Part shown: one piece after another, positions 23,327 to 36,662 of the stretch
Position numbering within the stretch: position 1 is the stretch's first letter
Layout: each line of letters opens with the position of its first letter
DNA from: Takakia lepidozioides
Lineage: Eukaryota > Plantae > Bryophyta
Reading direction: 5' to 3'
Assembly (NCBI GenBank): GCA_030704615.1
Contig: CM060733.1
Span: 3,534,001 to 3,598,000, forward strand
DNA length: 64,000 nt
The notes under the pieces: generated by a model
Told to the model about the DNA's origin: nothing
Seen by the model: the letters and a program-made list of their open reading frames with translations, nothing else
The model's database searches: none
Program-made: the position numbers and the translations under genes

Positions 23327-25282
23327 GTCATGTAGACCTACGCATGTGCTTTCTGAAAATAGGTACATTGTTTGATGTGGTCCAGGATTTATGGAGATCT
23401 CTTCTAGTGACAATAACCACAAATGTCAGTCTCGGAGCATGCAGGCCTACAGTTGTGCTTTACTTACAACGTTTACATAATTTGTCATGGCATTCTTGCC
23501 CTATTCTTGCATGAAAGAAGGTGGTGTCACCCCTTCGATGCTGCCTCTAATTATAACGCGTCTAATCAGCCCTGCAACCGACCATCTCTCTGAAAGGTGA
23601 AGAGCGCGACCATTCTAGAAAATTGAAAGCTCATCCAGTCAACTTTGTAGTCTCTACAGATCCATCACCCACACCATGTTCGTCTCGCTACTCAGGTTTC
23701 GGCCTGCTCTGAAGAAGCCGCAAGACAGTGCTGACCATTTGCTATGTGAAGGCGGCAACTCATTTCTCGTCTCAAGAGCAAAAACACAAAGATGAATGCA
23801 AACATTATAATGAGAACATTCTTCAGACTCCCTGGACTCTACTTGAAACTCATGGAATTACACCTTCTTGCTTTGCATAGGCCTCTCTTGAGTTACCATA
23901 AGGTCTGGACAAAGGAAAAGTCAGGCTTGATGCGGTATTGCGCTGGATGACTGGCTGAAATTGGTGCTCGGTAGTACTAGTAATACTTCATAAGAACACG
24001 GCTGATGCCGATAGCACCTAGATATCCCTCCTACTTATAAGGCCCTTGAACAAGACGGCTCAGATGCTGGTACATACGTACAGGTGTTACCTGCTCCTCA
24101 CGCAGACAACATCTTGTCCTGGCAAATCTCCTCTTATAGATTATGATTTCTTTAATTGAATTTATGACTCCTGGCATATATCTAGGAGAGGACATACGTA
24201 CAGGTTTCTGGAAATAGTGTTACGTGATAGTCCTTGTGAGGGGAGGATTGCGCAGCACTTCAGACACCTAAGTATATTCCTAGTTTCGCCAAGTGTATAA
24301 TATACCTGCTGTATCGTCTCTGGTATTCCCATACAGTTAGTACAGAAATAACTTATAACCATACCATAATCGTGTATTCGTATAGACGTATAGACTATGA
24401 TTAGAAAATTATTAATTTTTTAAACGCAAAATATTGAGAATACTTCTTACTCCCTTAAAGAAAAAATGCGAGAAATTTATATATAAGTGTGTCAGTTTAG
24501 GAAACTGGTTTAATGGAAAGTATCCTCCAATTTTGCTGATTAAAAAACCACAAAACAACTGATTTCATTACATTGCGCAAGAGATTCAAACCCTAGACCT
24601 TAATTATCCAGAACAACCACCAAACCCATTAGCACAATCTATAAAACCACCTTAACATTTATACTTATAAGTCGGTTTCTAAACAATCTCGCCCATGCAA
24701 AAATGAAATGGGCACTGTCATGTACACATGGTCTGATGCCATTGATGCAGAGCACATCTGTGCATGCATCTGTTGCTGCCACATGTCTGAACACCATGCC
24801 CATCTACATACACAACATGGGCACACATGCATGCCATCGCTGCCGGAGATGCATGCCGGAGATGTCCCGGGGACGTTGCCCAGAGATTCTGCCGGAAAAC
24901 CTCAATTTTGGCAACCGGCAATATCAACAGTTGCCGGTGGAAATCTCGGCAAGGGGTCAGAGGGCACTGCAGATAGAAACAAGGGGTGGAATGAAATGCA
25001 GAAAGTGCAAACCGTGCCATTTTGACGATTTCAATGTGTTAACACGCGAGAACTCGTTCTCATGTGCGAAAATCATGTCAGAGGTGCAGAATGGATGACA
25101 ATGGCAAGAGTGCAAAACGGGACGCCATAGGTAAGGAAAACACTGAGGGATCCAATAATTAAGAGTGGATTAGTTAGTAATGTGATAATTAGATCTGGAA
25201 TGAATGCAGTAAAGTGTTGCCTAATTGAACAAGGGCGCTGTCAAGAGGGAAGAGCGAGAGAGGAGAGAGCGAGGGAGTAGCG

Positions 25283-28200
25283 ATGGCGGGGTTGTCACTG
25301 GAGTGTGGGGATTGCAAGGCACAGTTCCGGAGTGTGGAGGAGGCGCAGGATCATGCAGAGCTGACCGGGCATGCCAATTTCCAGGAGTCCACTCAGCCGG
25401 TATGTACTCCATCTTTCTCTCTCGCTCTTTTTCTCTCTCTCTCATCCCCGCAGTTGAAGATCCTCTTGATCGAGGCTATTACCGTTCTCCATGCCATCGC
25501 TTGTTCAACGAGGCGAGAAACGATTTCTATAGGATGATCGTGGCTGATTAGGTTTGATTGGCTTAACTTTGCTTTTCAAAGTGTTGGATTGCAATGCAAC
25601 GCAGTACAATCACAGCACTCTGAAGTGAACCTTAATTTTAACAGAATTTTATCGTGTAGCAAAATTCCGCGACCTCCTTCTGAGTCCGGGTGTTGGATAG
25701 CGGTTGTTCATAACTATCGACATCCGGATCAGAAATGATTGAAAAACGGTGGCACGTCCTTGTGCCTTCCTTGGACACGAAAGTTCACGTAATCGTCCAG
25801 CAGATTGCTTCTGTTTACATCCCCTCTCTGTGTATCGGAGATGTCATTATCTGTTGGCATGCATTGATATGTCTCTTACCAACAAACAACCTATGCTCAT
25901 GTGTTTGCGTATGGTGTCCCTTGTTCAAATCGTGTTAGTGTGCAATTTGGTTATTTACTCATGCTTTGCGTACATGGTCTGCCTTGAAGCTTCATATTCA
26001 AGATGACCGAGAAGCTCAGGATGGGTTATTTGTGAAGGTGATAGGCCTGTGCATGCCATAGATGAGTGATATGGCCCTGGCACGTGTGACTTATATATCA
26101 GCAAATTGCTGCACGCAGGATGACGTTTGTATTTTCTTACCTCTCTAAGGAACCACTAGAATGCCTGTACCAAGGTACCTTTGGAATGCTGGAGCAAATC
26201 CAGAATTTGTGGAGCTGCATGATATGAGCTCCTCCATTTTTGCATTTGTCAGTTGCAATTAGGCGTTTGGATTCAGATTGTAAAAACTCTTACCTTTAAG
26301 CAAGGCTACCACGTGAATGCAGGTTTGGACTTACCCAAGTCAATTAAAGATGACGAGGTGGACAGTTGAACTTGTAATGCAGATGCAGATAAGACTAGCT
26401 CTGTTTACCCTAGAGTACAGGGGGGTCACTGTCTCTTTGAACACATTGCAGCCCTGATTGTAGTCAAGTTGTGAGGGAATAGTTCTGACAGGATTAAGTT
26501 GTATTGTGGCAAGCAGGTGCTCAACCTTGTGTGCACTACCTGTGGCAAGCCATGCCGCACGCAAACGGTGTGTCCCTTCATTCCCGGGTTCTCTTTCTTG
26601 GCCTCTCCAACCCTTATTTCTTAGGACACTTAAGGGGATGGATATGCCGGCTTGGCAACCAGCCGCAAACCATTGCGCCCTCCGCAACTTTAGAATTGAC
26701 ATACAGTTACTAAGCAAGATAGCCACAGGAGAGAGTAAGGACGTAGCAGCAAGATGCTTGATGTCTTTTGGGGGAAATGGGAAGAGGGATCCTTGGTTGG
26801 AAGATATTGGAAAACGGTCTGGATGTCAGGATAAAGGAAGAGAGAGTGATAGAGACCCAAAGAAATTTATTTCGTCCATGGTAGTTCCAGAGGGGAGAAG
26901 GAAAGAGTGACGCAGTCACGGGGTCCCTGAGGGCCCATGGAACAAGTAGGAAAGAAATGTTGACATGAACAGACACCAAACTACACCTGAGACGAAGTGC
27001 CTCAGGTAAGCTGCCTAGCACTTTTGATCCCAAAGCTGAAGGCATGCACCAGAGATGGGGAGACAGTAGTATCAGCCTTGGATCTCATTTAATGTAGGAT
27101 GAGGAAAAGAATGGTTGCGAGGGAAAAAAACTTGATAACACCCACAGAAAGCCATAAGGGGCCTATGGAACAGGGTAAAGGGTATAAGGAGATATACAGC
27201 AAGGCACTTTGGATCTTCAAAGCTGAGTGGTTTATAACAATCACTTTTTTAAGGGGAATTGGAGTTGTCCGTCAAGGTCAGAGTACTCTGGGCAGGGCTG
27301 GAGGATTTTGGTAACCATTGTGATTGGCAAGAAATCAGATTCCATACTTAAGGGACCTACATTCTTGCCAGGTTTGGTGTCAGCTAAAGAAACTGTATGA
27401 TTTAGCATGCTCTCCAGCAGAGCTTCAGATGTCACACACATCCACTATATCTTTTGGTTGGGCTGGAAACAGGAGAAGGATTTACACACAAAGAGAACAG
27501 GGCATACTGAGTTTACCGACAAAACTGAAGAGGCATCAAAGCCCTTAGTGTTGGAGAACCCTGTGGGGTCTGGTGTGGCCGGACCAAGTGGTGCTGGGGG
27601 GCTTAGTGATGGCAAACCGACAGGTCAGTGTCTATCTTCATTAAATCCCACAAAGAAAGGAAAGAAGACATTGGATGTCAGGGTTTGTCTTGGAAATGTG
27701 CAAGAAATGCTGGAATTTATTTGGCATTTGCCTTCACACAAGAATGAGCTAACAAATGTAGGAAAGGTTGGGGGTTGGGCGATTTGTGTTCACAGTACTA
27801 ATGAATTTGCCCACTTCTCCTGTAATCACTTTTGAATACCTGTGGTGAAGCACTCATGCTTTTTGTGTGTGGTACCAATGGTGGCAGAGATGGTTGTTCC
27901 AGAGGTAAACAAGGAGTTATTGTCAGAACTTGAAGCTATGGGTTTTGCAACTGCAAGGGCTACTCGGGCTCTCCATTTCACAGGTACAAACTACTACAAT
28001 TTCTCGACATGAATGGACCCATGAAGTCTGATAATGCTATCTGGAGCTTATCAGCCACATGTTGCAGGTAGCCTGCAGGTTAAGCTAGTCCTCTCTCTTG
28101 TCTTGCCCTCGTGTCGTCTTCATTCAGTCACACTGTCTTGAGCTTTAGGTGGTCGCATATGAAATTTTGTAAAGTTATTACACTTTCCATGCAGTGATCT

Positions 28201-31200
28201 TGAAAAATAATAGTGGCACTGTGCTTGAACTTACTACAGGTACTAGTAGTTTAGAAGCTGCAGTAACTTGGATCGTTGAGCATGAGGAGGATCCTGACAT
28301 TGATGAAATGCCTTTGGTAAGATTTGGTGTCAAAGTACATGATCCTATCATTGATGATGGTCTCATCTTCATCTGTTCTTTTTCCTTTACCAACAATCAA
28401 TTGAAATAGCTTAGACTAAAAGCAGCTGTGCTGTCACTGGGAGAGGTGGGTTTGAACGGTGTGACTAAAACGCTTTTATGATCCTCATCATTCTGAGCGT
28501 CCTATGAACTTAAGCTTCCATATCTACCACGTTGTAATCCTGTGAAGTGATTGGACACCTAACTGAATTCACAGCAAAATGCAACCGAATGCATGAGCCA
28601 TAGGATTGCATTTTACATAGTTTCTAGGTATCGTAACTCCTTGATTGCTATGTTTTAAACGGAAGTGTGGAGTAAGGTGCTGCACTGGAAATGAAAAGCC
28701 TGTTACAGTGGCCAGACATGGCAGTCCAACAACCCTCTCCCAGGGAGGATTTGGTTTCACATGTGTTTGGCTTCCATTGGGATTTTTCACAGGGGAAGTT
28801 GGCACTGCATTGTTGCAATTCCAGGTCACTAGTCTCTTATCTCCGGTGATCAAGCATGATCATGAGCTGTTTGGTCCCTGTTTTCTTGGTGGTTAGACAT
28901 TAAGGTTGGCTTGTTGGCCTTGTACACAATGCTTGGTTGGATTGGCACGCTGGACCTTACTTGTGGAGCAGTCAAATGTGACAGAGCTATTATTGCATGA
29001 GTGTAGGTTTCTGCGGACACGGCAAACCCATCCATGGCATCATTGCTTACCCCTGAAGAGGCCAAGGCAAAAGCCCAGGAGCTTCGGTCAGCTCCTTTCT
29101 TTCTTTGTGTCTCTCAGTATGTGTATGCAGGTGTGCTGTACTTTCTTCCTCTTCTTCGATATGGGACTAGCATTGATGGGCTAGAGGTGCAGTGCTGGAG
29201 CAGTCTTTTGGAGTGTTAGCTTTCTGCAGGTTGCAATCAAGAAGTATGCTAACCACCTCACTATATCGTAGTTTATACCATGGTAAGTCACACTACTGGA
29301 GTGAGCCCCTCACAAAGGTAGTGTCTGTTCCCATTTGTTACGCTCAAACTGGGCGGGCCTAAGACACAAAGGCTACAGAAAACGACATCTTATGAGTACA
29401 TTCTATATCCTAGTCTTGGCCAATTCAATGGGCTATAAAGAAATCTGGCAGTCAGGTGTCATATCCATATGGATGGACCCTATCCAAACTGAAGTGATGT
29501 TGTTGAACTGCAGAGAGAGAGCTAAGAAGAAGAAAGAGGAGGAGGAGAAGAGGATGGAAAGAGAGCGGGAGAAGGTGAGTCTTGCAAGTGATAATGGCAA
29601 CCTGCCTGAGTAAGGCAGTGCTTTAAAAACTTTATGCATTTTCAGGGGATCATGAATTTTAAAAATGAAGTGTAGTAATGATGATTTGAGCTATTCAACC
29701 TTGACCAAATGTCAAGATCAAACCTTTACAGGCTTAGAAATGGACACTTGACTTGGTCTTCTTGTGTGTTGGCAATGGAATGAATTCAGGAGCGCATACG
29801 GGTAGGTAGGGAATTGCAAGAAGCTCGGCGCATTGAGGAAGAACAGGAGCGTCACCGGTACTCTGCTACTTGTTCTGTCCCTATCATTGTGAAAACTTTT
29901 AGTTCAGTGAATGCTGGATGAAGGAGCCAGGTTGTCTTGTTTAGGTTGGCAGCTTTCCACTGCCACATATTCACAGAAGGCTAGAATAGTCTCAATCTTA
30001 ATTGGGACATGAATAAGATCTCTTCTTGGTGTTGATGGAGCAGGTGTGGGTCCAGTATTCAGACAGTGGTTAAAGCTGCCTGATTTTCTTATTAGTACCG
30101 AGATTCCTAGTCTTTGGTTCTTATTTCTTGTTTTGAAAGTTCCGTAGCTCTGAGATGCAGAATGATGATATTGAGAAAGGCTGAAAAGGATGAGGAGAGG
30201 CGTGCACGCGAGAAAATCCGCCAAAAACTTGAGGAAGATAAGGTACGTTTTCACATTGCTGTTCATTTTTGTATCTTTCTTTCTCCTCCAGCCCACCCCA
30301 TGCAAGTGACAATTTGTTTACTTGTTTCCATTCTGTCGCTGAAGCTGTGCCCTCCCATCGTGGCTGAAAAAAATGGGTTGAAAATTGGCATCAAGTTGAT
30401 GCTGTGGTTTAGTGCTTTGTAGGGAAAATCTAGGAGGCCTAAACATTGTTGCAGATGAGTCTAATAGTGGAGCTAGCTTCTTACAGTATGGCCACATTTT
30501 GCTCTCCTTCCCCCATCCCCTCCCCTCCAATTTTCTACTCTGCACATCTTTAGCCAAAAGGCTACAGCAAGTATCATCATCAACCCTTACCTCTTTCTAC
30601 AGGTGTATCTCTTTGTTCCTATGGTGTGGGTGCTTAATGGTGTAGTCCTTTGTGCAGGCAGAGCGGCGTCGAAAGCTGGGTCTGCCCCCAGAAGACCCAA
30701 AGACTGTGGAAACTCCCCTCCATGTAACAGAAGAGAAGAAGGTCCACCATTTCACATTCTGACTACATGCATTGTGCAGACTGATTGTAGCGTCTTGCTT
30801 TCTCTCTCTGGACCATTTCCCCATTTCAATTCGTAGCCTGTGAGAACCAACTTAGGAGGTAGGTATGATTATGCGCTTGTGTCGTAAAAATTTGAGAGTG
30901 GTTGTAAGTTATCTCTTTGTACCCCATGTGTGTTGCACATAGAACTTCCTGAGTTCTTGAATCAGTGAGTTCCTCATGTTGTTTGTAAGTATGACCTCCA
31001 GTAGGGGGTTAAGGAGGGGAAGATTCGCGGTGTCAAGATTGTAGCATCCAAGGAACTTGTCCACCAGCTGTACTAGCAGAGGCAATGCATTTTCATGCCA
31101 GACACTATTGTCATTGTTTTCCCTTTGCTATCGTGTTTCCCTCCAACGGTGGCACTTGCTTCAAGTCTAGAAGCTTAGGGCTTCTTGTTCTCCGAGGGCT

Positions 31201-32610
31201 CCTGCATATGATTTGGCCTTTGGTCTCTTTTTGTTGACTAATGGCCTCTTGCCTTGATGGCTTTTCTTGAGTCTGCTGAGGTGTTTAGGTGAAGAAGTGG
31301 TTTACTAATCATATTCACCCAGTGACTTCCCTTTTTCCTTTTAACAATAAGTGAAAAGAAATGAAGGAAAGCAAGAGAGGCTTTTCATGATACTCCAACC
31401 TTTATCTTAGGAGTACACTGATGAGTGAATAATTGATTTGGGTGGATTGGGCAGAGTTTTCTGCCAATGAAGCCAGCAAGCAAAGCAGAGCAAATGCGCG
31501 AGTGCTTGCGCTCCTTGAAGCAAGCACACAAGGTTGTTTACTGTCTGTCCCTCCATTTTGTCATTCAGTGGTTCTCTGATGCTGTATGATGTACTATCTG
31601 TTGTCATAAAGCTTGTGTGTTTCCAGGCTAGTGTTTCCACTAGCCTGTCCCTCTCTCTCCTCACTGTTGATCTTATGGCATTTTCTTTGGCTCTGTACAA
31701 GCCATAGCCGTTTTGGGTTGAGTTTCTCTTTCTGTCAAGGTTTCTTTAGGTCTTCAGCATTGACTGTAGCTCCTTCCTACTGTGTTTGTTCTGATCCGTG
31801 ATGGTACAGGAGGAGGATGCCAAGGTCAAGAGGGCTTTTCAGACTCTGCTTACCTACGTAGGGAATGTGGTACGTTCGCCTGATGAAGAAAAATTTCGAA
31901 AGATACGGCTGACAAACCCATCCTTTCAGGTACAGCATGGTCCCTTTCCTTCGATTCTACAGGGTGAAAGGCAATGTCACATCAAGGGCTGTAGGTAATG
32001 TTCCTTGTCTTTTCCTTATCAGTCTTGGAGTCAAACTCTAATGGTCTAGTACAATGAGCGTGTTGGACAACTTTCAATCCCATCAATGGGGTCATGAAGT
32101 TTGTTGGCTGTCATGAGCTGTATGTCATATCGGGGTTTCAAGCTCTGGTGGGCAACAACTTCTGAACTGGTTCAAGGAGGGTTTCCATTGTGTGAGGCTC
32201 AGCCCAGCTGAGATTGACCAGGAAGAGTTAATGGATGCATCTCTCATGATCGTAATATTTCTTCTCTCTTTTGAAGTCCCATGGGTCCTTGGGACTTCCC
32301 ATGGAAGAGATTCTTGTATATTCTTGATTTGTTTCTTTTCCTGTATGTCCCATGGGGCCTATTCCTCTCTCTTTTTTCAAACTCTTCTCTGTGGATGTAA
32401 TATGTTTCATTTTTCCTCAATGTGTTTGTGCAGGAGAGAGTGGGAAGCCTGAAAGGTGGAGTTCAGTTTTTGGAGCTATGTGGATTTGAGAAAGACGAAG
32501 GTGGTGAGTTTGTGACAATCCCACGTGAAAAGGTGGATGTGATCTTGCTCAATACAGCAGGTGCTGAGCTTAATTCAGCCATTATCAACCCATTTTTTGG
32601 TGTTTTGTAG
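25283..32610 (+). CDS. C2H2-ZnF / UBA / coiled-coil / PUB(PUG)-domain protein (At1g04850-like, putative CDC48/p97 cofactor), 13 exons
   Basis: Exons 25283-25399, 26517-26567, 27473-27623, 27888-27983, 28240-28316, 29007-29086, 29514-29574, 29790-29857, 30161-30242, 30658-30741, 31455-31532, 31810-31929, 32434-32610, all GT-AG and in phase. [18 protein letters not shown]; [27 protein letters not shown]; [42 protein letters not shown]. Confidence 0.95.
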
Positions 32611-33769
32611 AGCTGGCCAAAATTTTGACCCGGGTGTTTTTAAACATAGTTTATGATATCCACTGGAAGAACTGGTCAGGTCATTGGAAATATTGTTTAG
32701 ATCTGTTGGAACTCTCCTCAGGCTGTCACTGCTCTGCACCTCTTTTTGCTTGGTTCAAGAGGGTCTAGACAATGCCAAAAGCTGTGGACAAGTGCTTTCC
32801 AAAAGCAGAATCAAATGCCATGTTGTAGATCAATCATATTTTAACACACTTCGAAGTGATTGTAGCATCTTCTCTGTGGCCCTCATGCCCCTCTCCACAA
32901 CTAAAAGGGTGACTAAACTCACTAGTCATCTGACTTGAACTATCATCAACTGATGTTTTTGTCACTTGGTCATAAATGCTTGCTTAGAAACGAACTGTGT
33001 GAATTTGTTACCATTGGAGTTTGTCATAACTTGAATGAGAGATTGAGTAGAGAATCGGCTTCTTGCACTGCTCTGAAATGCCGGAGATAGTCTTTAGCAC
33101 GTCCACTGGGTTGGGTGCAATTGCTTGTGTGGGGAAAAGATCCAGCATTGCCAAGTTTCCTCGAGTTGTGTTCTCCAACTCGTACACCAAAGCTTTTCCA
33201 AGGGCATATTTGTCGAGAGTCCAGGAATAAACAAATTACTGAATGTGGGCACAGCCCAGGGAAAAAATCAATGGTGTATCCTATGCAAGAAGATGGTGGT
33301 TGCACTTGGCAGATTCTCCTCAAACTTTCGGACTGTCTCCATGTTGTGGAGAGAGTTGTTGATTCCTTGTATTTGTAACTGTCCTTCACGCACAACTGGA
33401 ACACATTATAGAACTATTATCCCATAGATAGCCTAGCAGTTGTGGGTTGAAAACCATGTAAGTGTGTTGGATGTCACAAAGAATCCACTTTTCCCCACTG
33501 GAAAGTAGTAGCTTTGACCCCAAACCTTTGGAGTTGAGAAACACCATAAATCTCGCTTACTTTGGCCTTAAATTTTTATTTTCATTGGCTCTATGCATCG
33601 CGTTAACCTTTAAATGCCCACATGTCATGTTTGACTTTTTTCTTAAACTTGACCCGTGGCCCCCAAAAATTAGTATAAAATTTGGACAAATCCGAATTTT
33701 CAAAAATTAACTTATTCTATAACAATGAGAAGTTTGGAAAAATTGAGCATTGATTATCAGTGCTCTTTA

Positions 33770-33946
33770 GGCTCCGTTGCATCCTACATTCCGTGCCTCT
33801 TCCTGGTCATGCAGTATTATATAATGAAAATAATATACATCATAGATCTTCAAATGCCATTATTATGAACTTTATCATATTGACACTCTCTAAAAACATA
33901 TCTGCATGACCATGAAGATGTACGGAATGTCGGATGCAACGGAGCC
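33770..33946. mobile_element. MITE-like element (~177 bp) with ~45-bp imperfect TIRs
   Basis: ggctccgttgcatcctacattccgtgcctcttcctggtcatgcag ... ctgcatgaccatgaagatgtacggaatgtcggatgcaacggagcc with an AT-rich interior. Left flank TTA; right flank is not a clean TSD. Confidence 0.7.
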
Positions 33947-34428
33947 CCAAGAAGTATAGTCGTAGTTTTCACAACAAATGATGTAGTCAGATCTTCTCGA
34001 TGGTTTTCCTCACCAACAAGAAAATCTTATACCCTATCCCATGGGATGTATGCCACTTGAATTTGTTGATGATGTGCGCCACCCCCTCCACCTACATCCG
34101 CCTGACGTCGATAAGAATATCCAACGTTCTCATTCAAGTGCGACATGCGCGAATGCATTAGGTGGTGGGATTTGTAAGTTGAACGGATATCTTGGTCTCT
34201 CCATAATTATAAGTTGTAATAATTGAAGATTTTAAAATAAAATGACCTAGCCTAGAGATTGAGGCGTCTACGCAACTAAACATCCCAAGCAAGACTAATA
34301 ATAACACTAATAATGCTGCATCCTTTAGATATTAGTATGAGAGAGAACTCTCTGCTGTAGGCTCTTTATCTGCTCTTGTCCTATGTATTATGTGTATAGA
34401 CTGGACATTACATCCTTTTAAATATTCT

Positions 34429-34719
34429 TGGAGGCCTCATCACTTTTTCCCATAATATCGAAGCTAGCTAATCTAGGCGATCGACATTTTTTTAATTTAA
34501 AAGCTTATTCATGACTTTACGTTTGTTGGCACTTCTTTACTTTTTCTATTTCCAGTTTTGTATATTGCACTTTTGGAGGTCTCATCCTTTTCTCCAAGAA
34601 TATCAAAGCTAGCTATTCTACACAATTTTTTGGTACTTTAAAGCTTATTCATTATTTTATGTCTTTGTTGGCCACTTCTTTTACTTTTTCTATTTGCAGT
34701 TTTGTATATTGTATTTTTT
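34429..34719. repeat. Tandem duplication, 2 x ~145 bp, diverged
   Basis: ggagg(c/t)ctcatc...aagctagcta...aaagcttattcat...ttgttggc...cagttttgtatattg occurs twice consecutively. Confidence 0.8.
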
Positions 34720-36049
34720 CTATATATACACATATATAATGACGTCAATCCATTCAATTAATATTAAATAGTTCTTCAGTATTAGAGAATGACATGATCT
34801 ACAAAAATTATTTTATTTGTTAGAAATATATATAGATTATAGAATATATATTGACAATGATAACCTAACTAGCTGTTTAATTTAAAATATTACGATGTGG
34901 TGGAGACGAGATGTAAAATAATATCCGGTTTAACAACATAACACAATCCCGCAAGAAAATTAAGTTAATTGAAGCAAACAAGAGCAGGCCCGCTTTCAAG
35001 ATTATTTTCCCCATGAGACAAAGAGTTGCAAAGATGTCGTGCTTGGCTTTGGGGTGGCGAGGGCGGGGGCAGCAGGTGACTTGCGGAGGGCAGCAGGGTG
35101 CCCCGATGGCTACTGAAGATTAGTGTTTAGTTTCGAAGGGTACGTCCTTAGACTTTCATTTGCAAGTTTCCTAAAAAAATTGCCCTTCATTTTGAACGGT
35201 TGTGATTTTGACAGCCCTTTATTTGTTTTTTGGACAAGCATGTATGTAACATAAAAATATTTTTTCTAAGCAATACACATGAAATGAAAGTCTTTTCACA
35301 TTTTACAAGTCCACATATGATAGAAATTATGAATAAGATTCAATTGATCTGAATCTATTTCCAATGGAACAGCTCTACGGTTCTTCATGCCACTCGAAAT
35401 CTCAAAATTGGCAGTCCAATCTATGGCTCCACTTCGAGCCCACATAAAAAAAACTTGCATCAATGCATCCAAAGTCTTCAATTTCTAAATATATTTCTAC
35501 GGTCATTTTTTTACCCAATTTTGCTTTGAGAACCCACACTCGCAAATAACTGTGCTGGCAGGAATAACCAATACTCTTTACCAAAGGCTAATCAAAGTAG
35601 GCCAAGAGCAAAAAAACTTATCTGAAATGCAACAATATGCCAAAACATCTGACATAAACTTCCACTCACATTCTCTCTCCACACTAGAAATTCACCTCTT
35701 GATTTGTTAGATTATTCCTCGTCAAAGCATAACTTGATGAACAATCTATCGAGCCATTCCTCTGTAAGCTTCTCTCTCTCTATATCATCCACTGGATAGT
35801 GTTTTGGACTGAAGAAGCGAGCAACATTAAAAGTGGAGATGCTAGGGAATCGCGAGTACAAATTGTCAAAGAGAACCTGAATGTAATCTTTTCCAATCCT
35901 GAATTGAACAAACTTCCAACCCTAATTTTTGTAAATAAAATTGTCACAGTGGGTTCATCTTTTTGTTTGCCTTCGGGCTAGCACGGGCTTCAGTGTCCAC
36001 TGTCCACTCTCTGCTCGTGTGATGCCAGGGCCACAATGTATAACCTATT

Positions 36050-36550
36050 TTCGTAATTTTCTGAAATGGGTATCGCTTCTCTTGCAGTTTTGATTTTGCA
36101 CTGGCTTTGAAATCCAAAAATTGATCAACTTGAAGCTCGAGATGATATGGAACCAAGTAATCATCGTTTTGTGCAATAGCTCCAGTGTAAGCAAAATTAA
36201 TCCCGTGTCGAAAATTGGAGTTTGTACAGTTCGTTACATATGCTTGCTTGGGGTGAGGAAGGTTAGTCGAAAGACGTGAGCGACAAAATCAATCACAATA
36301 CGCCATTTGAAAAACGACTTGCTGGATGTCCAAAAAATGTTTCTCCATAAGGTCTACTCAAGTGTATTCGTTGGTTTGATGGAAAATTTGCTAGTTGATC
36401 ATTTCTAGTGTCGAAAAGCGAGTCTCCGAACATGAACACGGCACCCGATGGACAAACTGATTTGACCGGATTGAAAGCCGAAGCTAAGATCACCAAATGC
36501 AACAACACACCTCATTGTATCATACAATGCATAGTGATCGTCATTGCCAC
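36050..36550 (-). pseudogene. GDSL esterase/lipase pseudogene (N-terminal blocks I-II)
   Basis: Signal-like segment, then VFMFGDSLFDT..PYGETFFGHPASRFSNG. After a frameshift, NFRHGINFAYTGA..LELQVDQF. Downstream exons not found; promoter side interrupted by the repeat at 36663. Confidence 0.85.
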
Positions 36551-36662
36551 CAATATAAGACTACATACCCCAGCAGCTATATTCTAAAACTATTGAGCAG
36601 CAAAACTACCCAAGTGAGCAAGATCAGAGAGGGGGAGAGAGCTATAAAAACTAGCAAAGACC

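Noticed and set aside
33008-33427. Cluster of short ORFs after the UBA-PUB gene
   Set aside because: No motif or splice pattern I can support.
34041-34226. PMGCMP motif suggesting a GDSL exon
   Set aside because: Opposite strand to the GDSL pseudogene and no other conserved blocks.
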